Assembly: GCA_964508495.1 (NCBI GenBank)
Contig: CAZDUA010000004.1
Span: forward strand, 290 to 64,289
Direction: 5' to 3'
DNA: 64,000 nucleotides
Origin: an uncultured Methanosarcinales archaeon
GTDB lineage: Archaea > Nanobdellota > Nanobdellia > Woesearchaeales > ARS49
This document shows, one piece after another, positions 1 through 9,114 of this stretch (positions within the stretch are counted from its first letter, which is position 1; the number at the start of each line of letters is the position of its first letter). Made by a program: the position numbers and the translations under genes. The notes beneath the pieces were generated by a model. It was not told the origin of the DNA. It worked only from the letters and a program-made list of their open reading frames with translations, and ran no database searches.

Positions 1-73
1 AGTAATCAATGACGATTTAAGGTCCTATTATGTTCATTGGATATATAGAAACGAACAAATATCAATCAACGTA

Positions 74-706
74 ATGAGCATTTCCCGAGAGTATGGCCCA
101 ACTCATTTAGTTCTAAATGACAACACACCCACGCCAGTGAGCTATGAAGGATTTCTCATTCCTGATAAAGAATGCATCCAGGCATATTTAGTAAATGTGC
201 GACCAACACGAATAACCGATGACGATAAAGTAGTTCCCGTTGGTGATTTTTGCATATTTACATTTCCAATAAATTTTGTTAACAGGGATAATTCTGCTAA
301 AAGGCTAACTCCTCTTTCTTTTACTCCACAGGTGCCATGTATCGACTGCATAGAGAATGAGGTTGCAATACAACACTATGGAACAAAATCTATAAACAAC
401 TTCTTCACAAGAATATGCATTGCTGGAGGCACTGTCAAAATTGTTGAAGGCGATAATTTCAGAAAGTCTAGCGACAATTGCGTTGAAATAAATTTACCAA
501 CGCTCAATCCCGGACAACTCATAAAAGGAAAATTCACAATAATAGACTATTCTGGTAAATCTGCCGGAATGAGTTTTGAAGGGTACAGTGATGAACAAGG
601 GCAAATTACTCAAGACAAATTTATTCATGTAGGTGCAATATTATTAGCTAACTGTGATGGCACAAATGTTACAAATAAAGAACGTTTAATCTGTGCTAAA
701 AGTTGA
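74..706 (+). CDS. hypothetical protein (210 aa)
   Basis: Intact ORF at the window edge with no motif I recognise. Less Lys/Glu-rich than most proteins here. Convergent with the PRTase/DprA pair. Confidence 0.4.
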   Translation: MSISREYGPTHLVLNDNTPTPVSYEGFLIPDKECIQAYLVNVRPTRITDDDKVVPVGDFCIFTFPINFVNRDNSAKRLTPLSFTPQVPCIDCIENEVAIQHYGTKSINNFFTRICIAGGTVKIVEGDNFRKSSDNCVEINLPTLNPGQLIKGKFTIIDYSGKSAGMSFEGYSDEQGQITQDKFIHVGAILLANCDGTNVTNKERLICAKS

Positions 707-734
707 ATGACGTGAATAAAAGGCAAAGAATTTT

Positions 735-1391
735 TCATGGATTTCGAAATGCATTTTCGTTACGGAGATCAATAGTGCCAACACAAGGATCTATCACTTG
801 CCGAAAATCAGTGTCTTTGCTAATTGTTCGCATCATTGCAAAACCAAAAATTGTTGCTTCAGGAAATGCCTCTTTTAGTACATTGGCGCATCCCAGAAGA
901 GTTGCTCCTCTCGTCACGATGTCATCAATTAGTACAATCTTCTGTGGTCTATGTATTCCTCGTTTTACTTTTATGCTGTTATAGTGATCTATTGGTTTTG
1001 GGCGTTCCGAGGAAAGTGAGGTTGCCGCTTTAGGGACGGCTTTTGTTCTTTCCAAGCAATTCATAATTGTTCCGAGACCTTTACGTTCCAACGCTTCTGC
1101 AATTTTCAGAGGAACCCAGAGAGTCCCGGGTTGCATCAAGGAACTCTTCGGAACTGGAACAAGATAAGTGTCACTTCCGAAGAAATCCTTGAACGGCAAA
1201 TGATGAAGCTCACTGAAAATTATTCCGACCAAATATTCTGAATAGGGCCCTTTCGATTGTGTCACCCAATCGTACTTGATTGATCGCATTATTTGTATTG
1301 ATTTTTGCGCCTCTTTGGACACTCCTCGAGGTGTATAGGTTAGGTATGAGCTAAAGGTCAAACTAGAAAGTAACATCGCCAAGGACCCCAT
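735..1391 (-). CDS. ComF-like phosphoribosyltransferase-fold protein
   Basis: PRPP-binding loop QKIVLIDDIVTRGATLLG and upstream YLVPVPKSS resemble ComF/type I PRTases. No N-terminal Cys4 zinc finger. Overlaps the dprA stop. Confidence 0.65.
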   Translation of the reverse strand: MGSLAMLLSSLTFSSYLTYTPRGVSKEAQKSIQIMRSIKYDWVTQSKGPYSEYLVGIIFSELHHLPFKDFFGSDTYLVPVPKSSLMQPGTLWVPLKIAEALERKGLGTIMNCLERTKAVPKAATSLSSERPKPIDHYNSIKVKRGIHRPQKIVLIDDIVTRGATLLGCANVLKEAFPEATIFGFAMMRTISKDTDFRQVIDPCVGTIDLRNENAFRNP

Positions 1392-2058
1392 TTATCGTCA
1401 AGGGAATAACCTCGAGCAGTTGGTCAAGGTGTTTCATCGAGAGAGAATGGGCTCCGTAGTCAATCATCTTTTGCGGCCAATCTACCTTTGGATTTTGAAG
1501 GAGCGTGTCCAAAATGAACAGAGGCCTCCCTAATCGAAGGGCTTCCCATCCTTGGTGAATTGTTCCACTTTTCTCGCCTGCTTCAACGATAATTGTGCCA
1601 TTAGAGAGAAGTGCCATTGTTCTATTTCGTATGGGAAAGTTTCTCGTTTGCGTAGGGTATCCTACGGGAAACTGCGAAATAAGGAGGTGATCTCTCGCAA
1701 TTCTTTGTTGCAATTCTGCGTTTTCAGGTGGATAACATTTGTCAATGGATGTGCCGAGGACTGCAATTGTTGCCCCGCCGTTCTTAATGGCAGTTTCGTG
1801 TGCAACGGAATCTATTCCGCGAGCAAGTCCGCTCACAATAACAACATTATGCTGAACTAAGAATTTAGCAATTTTGATGGTATTTTCAATGCCTTGGTCA
1901 GATGGTTTTCTTGTCCCGACAATGGCAAGACGAGGGCAATGAAACAGTTCACGATTTCCTTTGTAAAAAATTGTAGATGGAGAATATTTTTTCTCAACAT
2001 CATTCAATGGTCCCGTAAAATCTTCTATGGGACTACCTTTGATATGCGCAAACATCAA
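1363..2058 (-). CDS. dprA: DprA/Smf Rossmann (SLOG) domain protein
   Basis: Motifs IVGTRKPS, VSGLARGIDSVAHETAI, FPIRNRTMALLS and GEKSGT. Probable ATG at 2055 preceded by aaggaggg. Only the core domain is present. Confidence 0.8.
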   Translation of the reverse strand: MMFAHIKGSPIEDFTGPLNDVEKKYSPSTIFYKGNRELFHCPRLAIVGTRKPSDQGIENTIKIAKFLVQHNVVIVSGLARGIDSVAHETAIKNGGATIAVLGTSIDKCYPPENAELQQRIARDHLLISQFPVGYPTQTRNFPIRNRTMALLSNGTIIVEAGEKSGTIHQGWEALRLGRPLFILDTLLQNPKVDWPQKMIDYGAHSLSMKHLDQLLEVIPLTINGVLGDVTF

Positions 2059-2354
2059 GCCCTCCTTTTAATGTTGATAAGTAGTACTGGAATATAAACG
2101 TAATTGTTTTCGACCTTTATAAAAACCGCGTTTGAAAGTGGCCAGCGATCATCACGGAACTTTCACCCTTTGGACTATTTAAAGCTCGCTCTTTCCAATA
2201 GTTATTTAATGCTTGATTCGTTGCTTGGAATTTTATGAGCAAAAGAAATAAATACAAGCGGCACTTTAAAGCAAGTAGATTCTTGCACCTCAAGCAAGCA
2301 TTTACCAGCTTACGAAGAGGGTGCCGCTTCCCGTGTGAGGCTTACTTCTACAAA

Positions 2355-2366
2355 CCTTTAAAAACC
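2355..2366 (+). promoter_or_regulatory. archaeal TATA/BRE-like box for ABCE1
   Basis: cctttaaaaacc lies about 25 nt upstream of the ATG at 2388, implying a leaderless mRNA. Confidence 0.6.
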
Positions 2367-2387
2367 TAGTTCTAAGAGAATTATAAC

Positions 2388-4145
2388 ATGCCAAGAATAG
2401 CAATAGTCAGAAAGGACAGGTGCAACCCGCAAGGGTGCGGAGGATATCTTTGCGCTAGAGTCTGCCCTGTCAACATGGAAGGAAAAGACTGCATAAAACC
2501 AGCAGAAACAGGAGACAAAAAGCCCATAATAGATGAAAAACTATGCACGGGATGCGGAATATGCCCGAACAGGTGCCCATTCGGCGCAATAGACATTATT
2601 AATCTGCCAGAACAGCTGGAACATCCAATTCACAGGTACGGCAGAAACGGGTTTCACCTTTACTCCCTGCCAACACCAATATTCGGACAAGTCATAGGAA
2701 TAGTGGGCAGAAATGGAATAGGAAAATCAACAGCAATCAAAATACTAGCAGGAGTACTAAAACCAAACCTCGGCGCGGACAAAGATGCAGAATGGAACGA
2801 TTTAGTCAAATTCTTCAAAGGAAAAGAATCACAAACGTACTTCGAAGCAGTAAAAGAAGGCAAAATAAAAGTAGCGTACAAGCCACAGCACGTTGAATTG
2901 ATTGCGCAAACGCAGAAAGGAAAAGTGGGAGACTTATTGAAGAAAGTAGACGAAAGAAAAAAGTTTGATGAAATAGTAGACGCATTGCAATTAAGAGACG
3001 TCCTTGATAGAGAAGTAAGCCAAGTATCAGGCGGAGAACTACAAAGAATAGCAATAGCGGCAACAGTACTAAGACAAGCAAACCTGTACATATTTGATGA
3101 ACCAAGCTCATATCTTGACATCAAACAAAGAGTCAAGGTCAGCCAGTTCATCAAAAGTTTAGCGAACAAAGATACTGCAGTGCTTGTTGTAGAACATGAT
3201 TTGATAATCCTCGATTACATGACAGATTTATTGCACATAATGTACGGAAAAGAAGGAGCGTATGGAATAGTTAGTTTGCTAAAACCAACAAGAACAGGAA
3301 TGAACATCTACCTCGAAGGATACATCAAAGATGAAAACATGAGGTTCAGAGACCATGAAATAAAATTCTTATCAAGACCACCACCAAAACCGATCAGCAA
3401 AGTAATACTTACCGCATGGGGAGCGGTTGAAAAGAAATTGGGAGACTTCACACTCAAAGCAATGGAAGGAAACATAGGAAGAAACCAGATTATCGGCATA
3501 TTAGGAGAAAACGGAATAGGAAAAACAACATTCATCAAAATACTCGCAGGACAAATAAAACCAGACGCAGGAGAAATAGACACCAAAGTAACAGTCTCAT
3601 ACAAACCACAATACTTAGAGGGAAACAGCGACGAACTAGTAATAACTGTTTTGAAAGACGCGACTTCTAAATATAACAACCAACTAATAAAACCATTAGA
3701 GATACACAATTTATTGATGAAGCCATTGAATACCCTATCAGGCGGAGAATTACAAAGAGTAGCAATAGCGCACTGCCTGTCACAACCAGCAGACATGTAT
3801 CTGTTGGATGAACCGAGCGCTTACTTGGACATTGAACAAAGACTTGCATTCAGCAAAGTTATCAGAGACGTGGCAGAACAACGAGGCGTAAGCGTGCTAA
3901 TAGTAGACCATGACTTGCTGTTCATTGATTATTTAGCAGACAAGCTCATTGTGTTCGACGGAAAACCAGCAAAACACGGAATGGTAGAAGGACCATACTC
4001 AATGGAGGCAGGAATGAACAAGTTCCTGACAGATTTGAGAATAACAATGAGAAGAGACAAAGAGAGTAACAGGCCAAGAATAAACAAACCTGAGGGCAGG
4101 TTGGATAGAGAACAGAGAGAAGCCGGCAAATTGTATTACAGCTAA
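2388..4145 (+). CDS. abce1: ABCE1 / RNase L inhibitor-type ribosome recycling ATPase
   Basis: N-terminal 2x[4Fe-4S] Cys motifs (CNPQGCGGYLCARVCP, CTGCGICPNRCP) followed by two ABC cassettes (GxNGxGKST/T, LSGGELQR x2). Confidence 0.95.
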   Translation: MPRIAIVRKDRCNPQGCGGYLCARVCPVNMEGKDCIKPAETGDKKPIIDEKLCTGCGICPNRCPFGAIDIINLPEQLEHPIHRYGRNGFHLYSLPTPIFGQVIGIVGRNGIGKSTAIKILAGVLKPNLGADKDAEWNDLVKFFKGKESQTYFEAVKEGKIKVAYKPQHVELIAQTQKGKVGDLLKKVDERKKFDEIVDALQLRDVLDREVSQVSGGELQRIAIAATVLRQANLYIFDEPSSYLDIKQRVKVSQFIKSLANKDTAVLVVEHDLIILDYMTDLLHIMYGKEGAYGIVSLLKPTRTGMNIYLEGYIKDENMRFRDHEIKFLSRPPPKPISKVILTAWGAVEKKLGDFTLKAMEGNIGRNQIIGILGENGIGKTTFIKILAGQIKPDAGEIDTKVTVSYKPQYLEGNSDELVITVLKDATSKYNNQLIKPLEIHNLLMKPLNTLSGGELQRVAIAHCLSQPADMYLLDEPSAYLDIEQRLAFSKVIRDVAEQRGVSVLIVDHDLLFIDYLADKLIVFDGKPAKHGMVEGPYSMEAGMNKFLTDLRITMRRDKESNRPRINKPEGRLDREQREAGKLYYS

Positions 4146-4157
4146 GCCGAAGCAAAG

Positions 4158-4170
4158 GTTTTTATAAAAA
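4158..4170 (+). promoter_or_regulatory. TATA/BRE-like box
   Basis: ggtttttataaaa lies about 25 nt upstream of the ATG at 4189. Confidence 0.55.
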
Positions 4171-4188
4171 CTTAGTGGAGAAACCAGT

Positions 4189-5811
4189 ATGAGTGAAAAA
4201 GAGGCATTTGAGCTCTGGAAAGAACTAAGCCCAGGAAGCGCATTCGGAGCAGGACTAAAAAAGTACGCAGGACACATATGGATACCAACCCATTCTAATA
4301 TCAAAAATGCGCTAATGCGAATAAACAAACTAGAGAAAAAATCAGATATTGTTGTGAAAAAATTCTTGGCGACAATGAGAAGATCGCTGATAATAGAAGA
4401 ACCACACGACCCCCCAGGCGAGATATTGAATACATTCTACACACACCTGGTCATTGAAGGCGTCAACGAAAAACACATGCTGTCATTAGCAGAACAATCG
4501 CTCAACTTCCTAGGCGTACAAGAAGACCTATGGGACAAAAAATGGCCGGTAGAATTCCAAATATTCAGCTCACAAGCATGCGACGGGGCAAAAGCAGTAA
4601 TAGAAACAATCAAGAAAAAATGCAAAAGAAAAGAAGTCAAACAAGCACTAACAGCAGTACAAAAAAGATTAGACATCTGGAAGAAAAACACTGCATTTGT
4701 ACATCTAAAAAGAAATGATTTCACAGAAATTTATCCGATTCTTAAAAAAAGGTCAAAAGGACTGGGCAGGAAGAACACTTACAGAGCTACAATCAAAGAC
4801 TTGTACGATTACATAGAAACACCAGAAGAAATGGAAAAACTAGCATTATCATGGATTGACGAAGAACTGCCAACTTTCAAAAAAGTCCTCCAAAAAATAG
4901 CAAAAAGGTACAAGTGCAAGCCAACAGTAGAAGACATAGAAAAAGCAATAGAGAAAAATCAGTATGTTGCGCCAAAAACACTGGTAAAAACAATAACAAG
5001 CCTGCGAAAAGCACTACAAAAACTAGCAGACGCTGAATGGGTGACAATAACGCCAAAATACGATGTGAGAGTCATTGAAACGCCAGATTATCTAGTGCCA
5101 TTCCTGCCGACAGCAGCAATGCAAACATTCAACACACTAACAAAACCATTCTGCCTGTACTTTGCAACGACAGACATCAAAGCAAGCCCAAGCACAGCGC
5201 TGCCTGATGTTGCGCAGACAACAATACATGAAGAATACGGGCATTGCGTCAACTTCTTGAACAGCTACACAACAGGAAAACCAAGAATAATAGAAATAAT
5301 AGGAAGCAGTCTTGACACTCCAATAACAGAAGGAATATCATTCTACAGAGAACTAGAGTCGCTCAAAACATTTAGAAGAATACTCACAAAAGGAGCGCAC
5401 AACAAAATAGAAAAAGACGTCATCAAAGAAATAGAAAAACACTGCACGCTAGAAGAGTTCTATGACGGTCTAGAGTTTATCGTCATGCAATGGAGAATGG
5501 TCAGATTTTTACGAGCACTAAGCGATGTAAGAATAAATCTTGAGAAGCAAACATTCCCGCAGTTCATCGAGTGGGCGCACAAGAAGACAGGGTTGACAAG
5601 AAAGCTGATTTACGACCAAACAATACACTTCCAAGAAAACCCAGGATACGCGCCATGCTACAGCATGTTCGGACAAAAACTAAGACAAATGCAAACACAA
5701 GCGGTAAAGAAAGGATTCACGCAAAAAGAATTCAACACGTTTGTCGCAAGCGCAGGATTCCCAGCAAGAAGCATATTCGAAGAAAGAATAAAGAAAAAAT
5801 TCAAGCTTTAA
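4189..5811 (+). CDS. putative metallopeptidase-like protein (HExxH, DUF885-like)
   Basis: IHEEYGHCVNF (HExxH) followed by EGISFYRE, reminiscent of the DUF885 family. Family assignment is tentative. Confidence 0.45.
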   Translation: MSEKEAFELWKELSPGSAFGAGLKKYAGHIWIPTHSNIKNALMRINKLEKKSDIVVKKFLATMRRSLIIEEPHDPPGEILNTFYTHLVIEGVNEKHMLSLAEQSLNFLGVQEDLWDKKWPVEFQIFSSQACDGAKAVIETIKKKCKRKEVKQALTAVQKRLDIWKKNTAFVHLKRNDFTEIYPILKKRSKGLGRKNTYRATIKDLYDYIETPEEMEKLALSWIDEELPTFKKVLQKIAKRYKCKPTVEDIEKAIEKNQYVAPKTLVKTITSLRKALQKLADAEWVTITPKYDVRVIETPDYLVPFLPTAAMQTFNTLTKPFCLYFATTDIKASPSTALPDVAQTTIHEEYGHCVNFLNSYTTGKPRIIEIIGSSLDTPITEGISFYRELESLKTFRRILTKGAHNKIEKDVIKEIEKHCTLEEFYDGLEFIVMQWRMVRFLRALSDVRINLEKQTFPQFIEWAHKKTGLTRKLIYDQTIHFQENPGYAPCYSMFGQKLRQMQTQAVKKGFTQKEFNTFVASAGFPARSIFEERIKKKFKL

Positions 5812-6574
5812 TTCTACGGGCAAAAGACAAAAATCCAGAATGACCAATACCAGTGCTCTTTGGTCTTACTCTTCTGCCCTCAACTTCCCACAAACGCTCA
5901 ATCAATTCTACAGACTTCAGATAAAGAAGCTTATCGTGCTTGTGAACTTCAGCAACAAAATCCTGAACTTGAGGAACACTAGGAGAATAGCTCACGAGAA
6001 AACCGCCAACTTTCAAAGCTTTAACAGCATGAGGCACGACCTTCCAAGGCTCAGGAAGATCCAACGTAATAAGGTCAACATCAGACTCGTCAATGCCATC
6101 ATAAAGACTCTTTTTCTTAACTGTGATGTTCGTCAGACCAATCATCTTGATATTAGACTCAGCAGTCTTAATGCAGTCATCACGAATCTCATAACTGATA
6201 ACGTGCTTGACAACGTGAGCAAGAGCAGATGAAAGAGCACCACTGCCAAGACCGCCATCAACAACAATTGACTCCTTGTTAATGCCAGTTTCACCAATTA
6301 TAAAACCGATGTCCTTAAGCGGAATAGTCTGAGGAAGCTTACGGAAACGCTTGTAAATGTCAATATGCGAAGCGTCCAAAAGAACGAACTCCTTGCCATT
6401 ATCAGCCTTAATGACAGAGCCAGAAGGTTTGGAAAGCTCTGCTTTAGAGATAGTCCCATAAAGAGTATGAACGTCTTTAGAGAGGTCGGTAACAAAATAC
6501 TGCTTGCCCTTGGCAACAATGAATTCGCGACCATCAACAACTTCACGCTTTTCCTTATGAATTAAGACCTTCAT
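5801..6574 (-). CDS. trmI: tRNA (adenine-N1)-methyltransferase TrmI/Gcd14 family
   Basis: SAM motif VVDGGLGSGALSSAL, DLITLDLPEPW and GGFLVSYSPSVPQV are typical of TrmI. Confidence 0.8.
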   Translation of the reverse strand: MKVLIHKEKREVVDGREFIVAKGKQYFVTDLSKDVHTLYGTISKAELSKPSGSVIKADNGKEFVLLDASHIDIYKRFRKLPQTIPLKDIGFIIGETGINKESIVVDGGLGSGALSSALAHVVKHVISYEIRDDCIKTAESNIKMIGLTNITVKKKSLYDGIDESDVDLITLDLPEPWKVVPHAVKALKVGGFLVSYSPSVPQVQDFVAEVHKHDKLLYLKSVELIERLWEVEGRRVRPKSTGIGHSGFLSFARRIKA

Positions 6575-6638
6575 ACATGAGAAATCGACGATGGGGGTTT
6601 AAAAAGGTGATGGAAAAAAATGAATAAAAAAAATAAAA

Positions 6639-7094
6639 TTACTTCTTAGTCTTGCACTGCTTGCAACCACTAAAGGCCAAGCTAAGCAGTCCAGCCAAGT
6701 AAGCAAAGTTCACAGCAGTATTACCGCCGCCAGTGTTCATAACGAGCATCTCACGAAGCATGCCAACCATGCTGGTAGCCTCGCCAAGCTTCCAAGTCTT
6801 AACAAGCGCTACAATGATGAACAACGACAAGAAAATTGCCGCGCAACCCGTGTGCCAGTTAAACAACAACATCAAACCACCAATAAGCTCGATTGCAATA
6901 GCAAGATACAATGCAGGAGCGCCCAAAGAAGCGCCAAACAACTGCTCAAACATTCCCTTGGCCATCTGCATTCCAAGAATCTTGTCCAACGCTGCAACAA
7001 TAAACGCAAGGCCAAAAAATACCCTCAAAATTGCCGGAGCCCATTCAGGGCGTTTATTCAAAAAATCCATACCTGCCATATACAAAACCTCCAT
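6639..7094 (-). CDS. DoxX-family membrane protein
   Basis: About four TM helices. The N-terminus APAILRVFFGLAFIVAALDKI is DoxX-like. Confidence 0.55.
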   Translation of the reverse strand: MEVLYMAGMDFLNKRPEWAPAILRVFFGLAFIVAALDKILGMQMAKGMFEQLFGASLGAPALYLAIAIELIGGLMLLFNWHTGCAAIFLSLFIIVALVKTWKLGEATSMVGMLREMLVMNTGGGNTAVNFAYLAGLLSLAFSGCKQCKTKK

Positions 7095-7208
7095 CAGTTT
7101 TCAAATAGAAAACAAGATGTACGTTAAAAAGGTTTTCCCAAATTAAACCCAAAACACTAATATTCTTTCTCAGATAGTTTTAAATATAGAATTTGACTAA
7201 AAAGCTCC

Positions 7209-8327
7209 ATGAGATATAATTTCATTATTACGCTCTTTGTATTGACACTATTTGTTTTATCCGCTTGCCAACCTGTTGCACAAGCACCAACAAGCAAGAC
7301 CTTCTGCAATCCACCGTATTACGAATGGCAACGGGGACAATGTTGCCTGGATAAAAATTCGAATAACGTATGTGATCAAGATGAGTTGACAAAGGAAACA
7401 CCACCCCCAACTATTGTTGAAATTGAAGAAATCAATCGTACAGAAGAAGTTTCTCCTCCTCAACTTACCACTCCATCTCAAAAAACGCTCATGCAACAGT
7501 TGATAGATCGAGCGCCAACCGCTTATTACTTTTGGAATTTTGATGATGATGCTGGCGCACTAGTAGTCGGAGATAGAAGAAGCGACGGATATGTTGAGTA
7601 TTATCTTGCTGAATTTCTCGTTCCTATGAGTTGGGATGTCAATACAAGACAGGTTCTTTTCACTGCTCCAAAGCAAATTGATGAGTGGTGGTACAACATG
7701 AAGCAAGGCTTATCACCACCGAAAACGCAAGCAGGCCAGGTGAAATATTTCCCCACTTATTTTGAGTTGAATTTGACGGGCAACCCTGACCTGGATTTGG
7801 CAATCATCCCAGAACAATTCAAAAAATATTATTGGGCTGCTGGAATGGAGAAGAAAGTGCAATCTGAGAAATACAGGGGTGCTCGTCTTCCTCTTGTGTT
7901 CTTTAGTGCATTCTATACTAAAGGACCGATTGATATGATGAAAGAATACGCCCTTGAAGAACCAATCAAAATAGAGGAAAAACCAAAAATCATTTCAGTT
8001 GCGAGTAGACAAATAACTGCGAATTTATCAATTTACTATAAGAAAAAAGAAGACCCGTCAAAAATACTCGTATTCAGTTATGATCCCGTACGTAAAGTCA
8101 TGATAAGGATAGAGGAACAAAATGACAAGGGTCAAATGATAAAACGCACTGACTTTGACTTTGATACGACAGTAACCTATCAAGGTAAGAAAAATACGCC
8201 AATTCTTGAAAAGTTTGTACGACCATTCCCCGATTACATCATCATAACACCTGAATATTACGATGAATATAAAGAAGCAGTTGAAAGCGACAGCAGAATT
8301 GAGTATTTGAAAGATAGAGGAGGATAA
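7209..8327 (+). CDS. predicted lipoprotein, paralog of 41185..42192
   Basis: Signal peptide with lipobox LSAC followed by QPVAQ. Alignable along its length with the 335-aa protein at 41185..42192 (LIDRAPTAYYFW vs LLDKAPTTYWF; MMKEYA vs LMKEYA; DFDFDT vs YDFDT). Confidence 0.6.
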   Translation: MRYNFIITLFVLTLFVLSACQPVAQAPTSKTFCNPPYYEWQRGQCCLDKNSNNVCDQDELTKETPPPTIVEIEEINRTEEVSPPQLTTPSQKTLMQQLIDRAPTAYYFWNFDDDAGALVVGDRRSDGYVEYYLAEFLVPMSWDVNTRQVLFTAPKQIDEWWYNMKQGLSPPKTQAGQVKYFPTYFELNLTGNPDLDLAIIPEQFKKYYWAAGMEKKVQSEKYRGARLPLVFFSAFYTKGPIDMMKEYALEEPIKIEEKPKIISVASRQITANLSIYYKKKEDPSKILVFSYDPVRKVMIRIEEQNDKGQMIKRTDFDFDTTVTYQGKKNTPILEKFVRPFPDYIIITPEYYDEYKEAVESDSRIEYLKDRGG

Positions 8328-8400
8328 TTCGGACTGGATTAAGAAGGTGTAAAAATAAGAATAGTGTTAAAAAGGATTTTCTCAAATTATGCCAGAATTT

Positions 8401-8409
8401 AAAAAAAAA
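8401..8409 (-). terminator. oligo-T terminator after tRNA-Cys
   Basis: Nine T on the minus strand directly after the tRNA 3' end. Confidence 0.6.
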
Positions 8410-8481
8410 GGCGAGGAAGGGACTCGAACCCTTGAATCGCAGGGTTGCAGCCTGCTGCCTTAGCCGCTTGGCTACCTCGCC
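8410..8481 (-). tRNA. tRNA-Cys (GCA)
   Basis: Reverse complement GGCGAGGTAGCCAAGCGGCTAAGGCAGCAGGCTGCAACCCTGCGATTCAAGGGTTCGAGTCCCTTCCTCGCC folds as a cloverleaf. Anticodon loop is CTGCAAC. Confidence 0.9.
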
Positions 8482-8508
8482 ATATAGAAAGAGAGCCAAA
8501 TACGAGAT

Positions 8509-9063
8509 TTAAATAACTTTTGCCCGACCATACAGGTGTTTTTCTATGAAGGCAATAGTAAAGAACTTCGCTCTCCTGCCAAAAGGAATACCGCACTGCC
8601 TAGCCCACAAGTCAACATCAACCCAGTCTTTAATCTTTATCTGGACAGATTGATGAATCATACCATAAATAGCAGTATGACGAGTGCGAACGTCATCATC
8701 AGAAAACAAGCCGCTCTTAACAAGCATGATGCGGAAAAGCAGGTTCTGCTGATGACAGGGCAAATAACCCTTACGAGACCAGAGAAGATTGACATCACGA
8801 GTGAAAAGAAGATCAAAACGGAAAAATGTCATGACATGACTGCCCTCGTACTTGGTGGAGATTAAGTCGTACGCGGCTTTAGCAAAAGACAAAGGCGTTT
8901 TGTTCTTACGCTTTAACTTTGCAATTGTATTCAATAGGCTCTTAGGAATCTTTTTTGGAAGTGGTTCTTTCCTAAAACCAAGATGAGGAACAAATAAACG
9001 CGAAAAAATAAAGACAATCACCAAGTACAATATGAAAACCTCAATAAGCCGGATGTAAAGCAT
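8509..9063 (-). CDS. membrane-anchored transglutaminase-like (Cys-His-Asp) protein, putative
   Basis: N-terminal TM helix. Spaced GYLPCHQQN / MIHQSVQI / VDVDLW resemble the transglutaminase-core triad. Confidence 0.35.
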   Translation of the reverse strand: MLYIRLIEVFILYLVIVFIFSRLFVPHLGFRKEPLPKKIPKSLLNTIAKLKRKNKTPLSFAKAAYDLISTKYEGSHVMTFFRFDLLFTRDVNLLWSRKGYLPCHQQNLLFRIMLVKSGLFSDDDVRTRHTAIYGMIHQSVQIKIKDWVDVDLWARQCGIPFGRRAKFFTIAFIEKHLYGRAKVI

Positions 9064-9083
9064 AATACGAAGATTACCATAAT

Positions 9084-9095
9084 CTTTTTAAAAAC
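9084..9095 (+). promoter_or_regulatory. TATA-like box for leuS
   Basis: ctttttaaaaac lies about 25 nt upstream of the ATG at 9115. Confidence 0.55.
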
Positions 9096-9114
9096 ATTGC
9101 CTAGAACACTACGC

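Noticed and set aside
2112-2125. The A/T box cctttataaaaacc as the promoter of a plus-strand ncRNA in the dprA-ABCE1 spacer.
   Set aside because: The box is near-palindromic and is well placed as the minus-strand promoter for dprA, whose leader carries a Shine-Dalgarno sequence. No C/D or H/ACA box arrangement could be found downstream on the plus strand.
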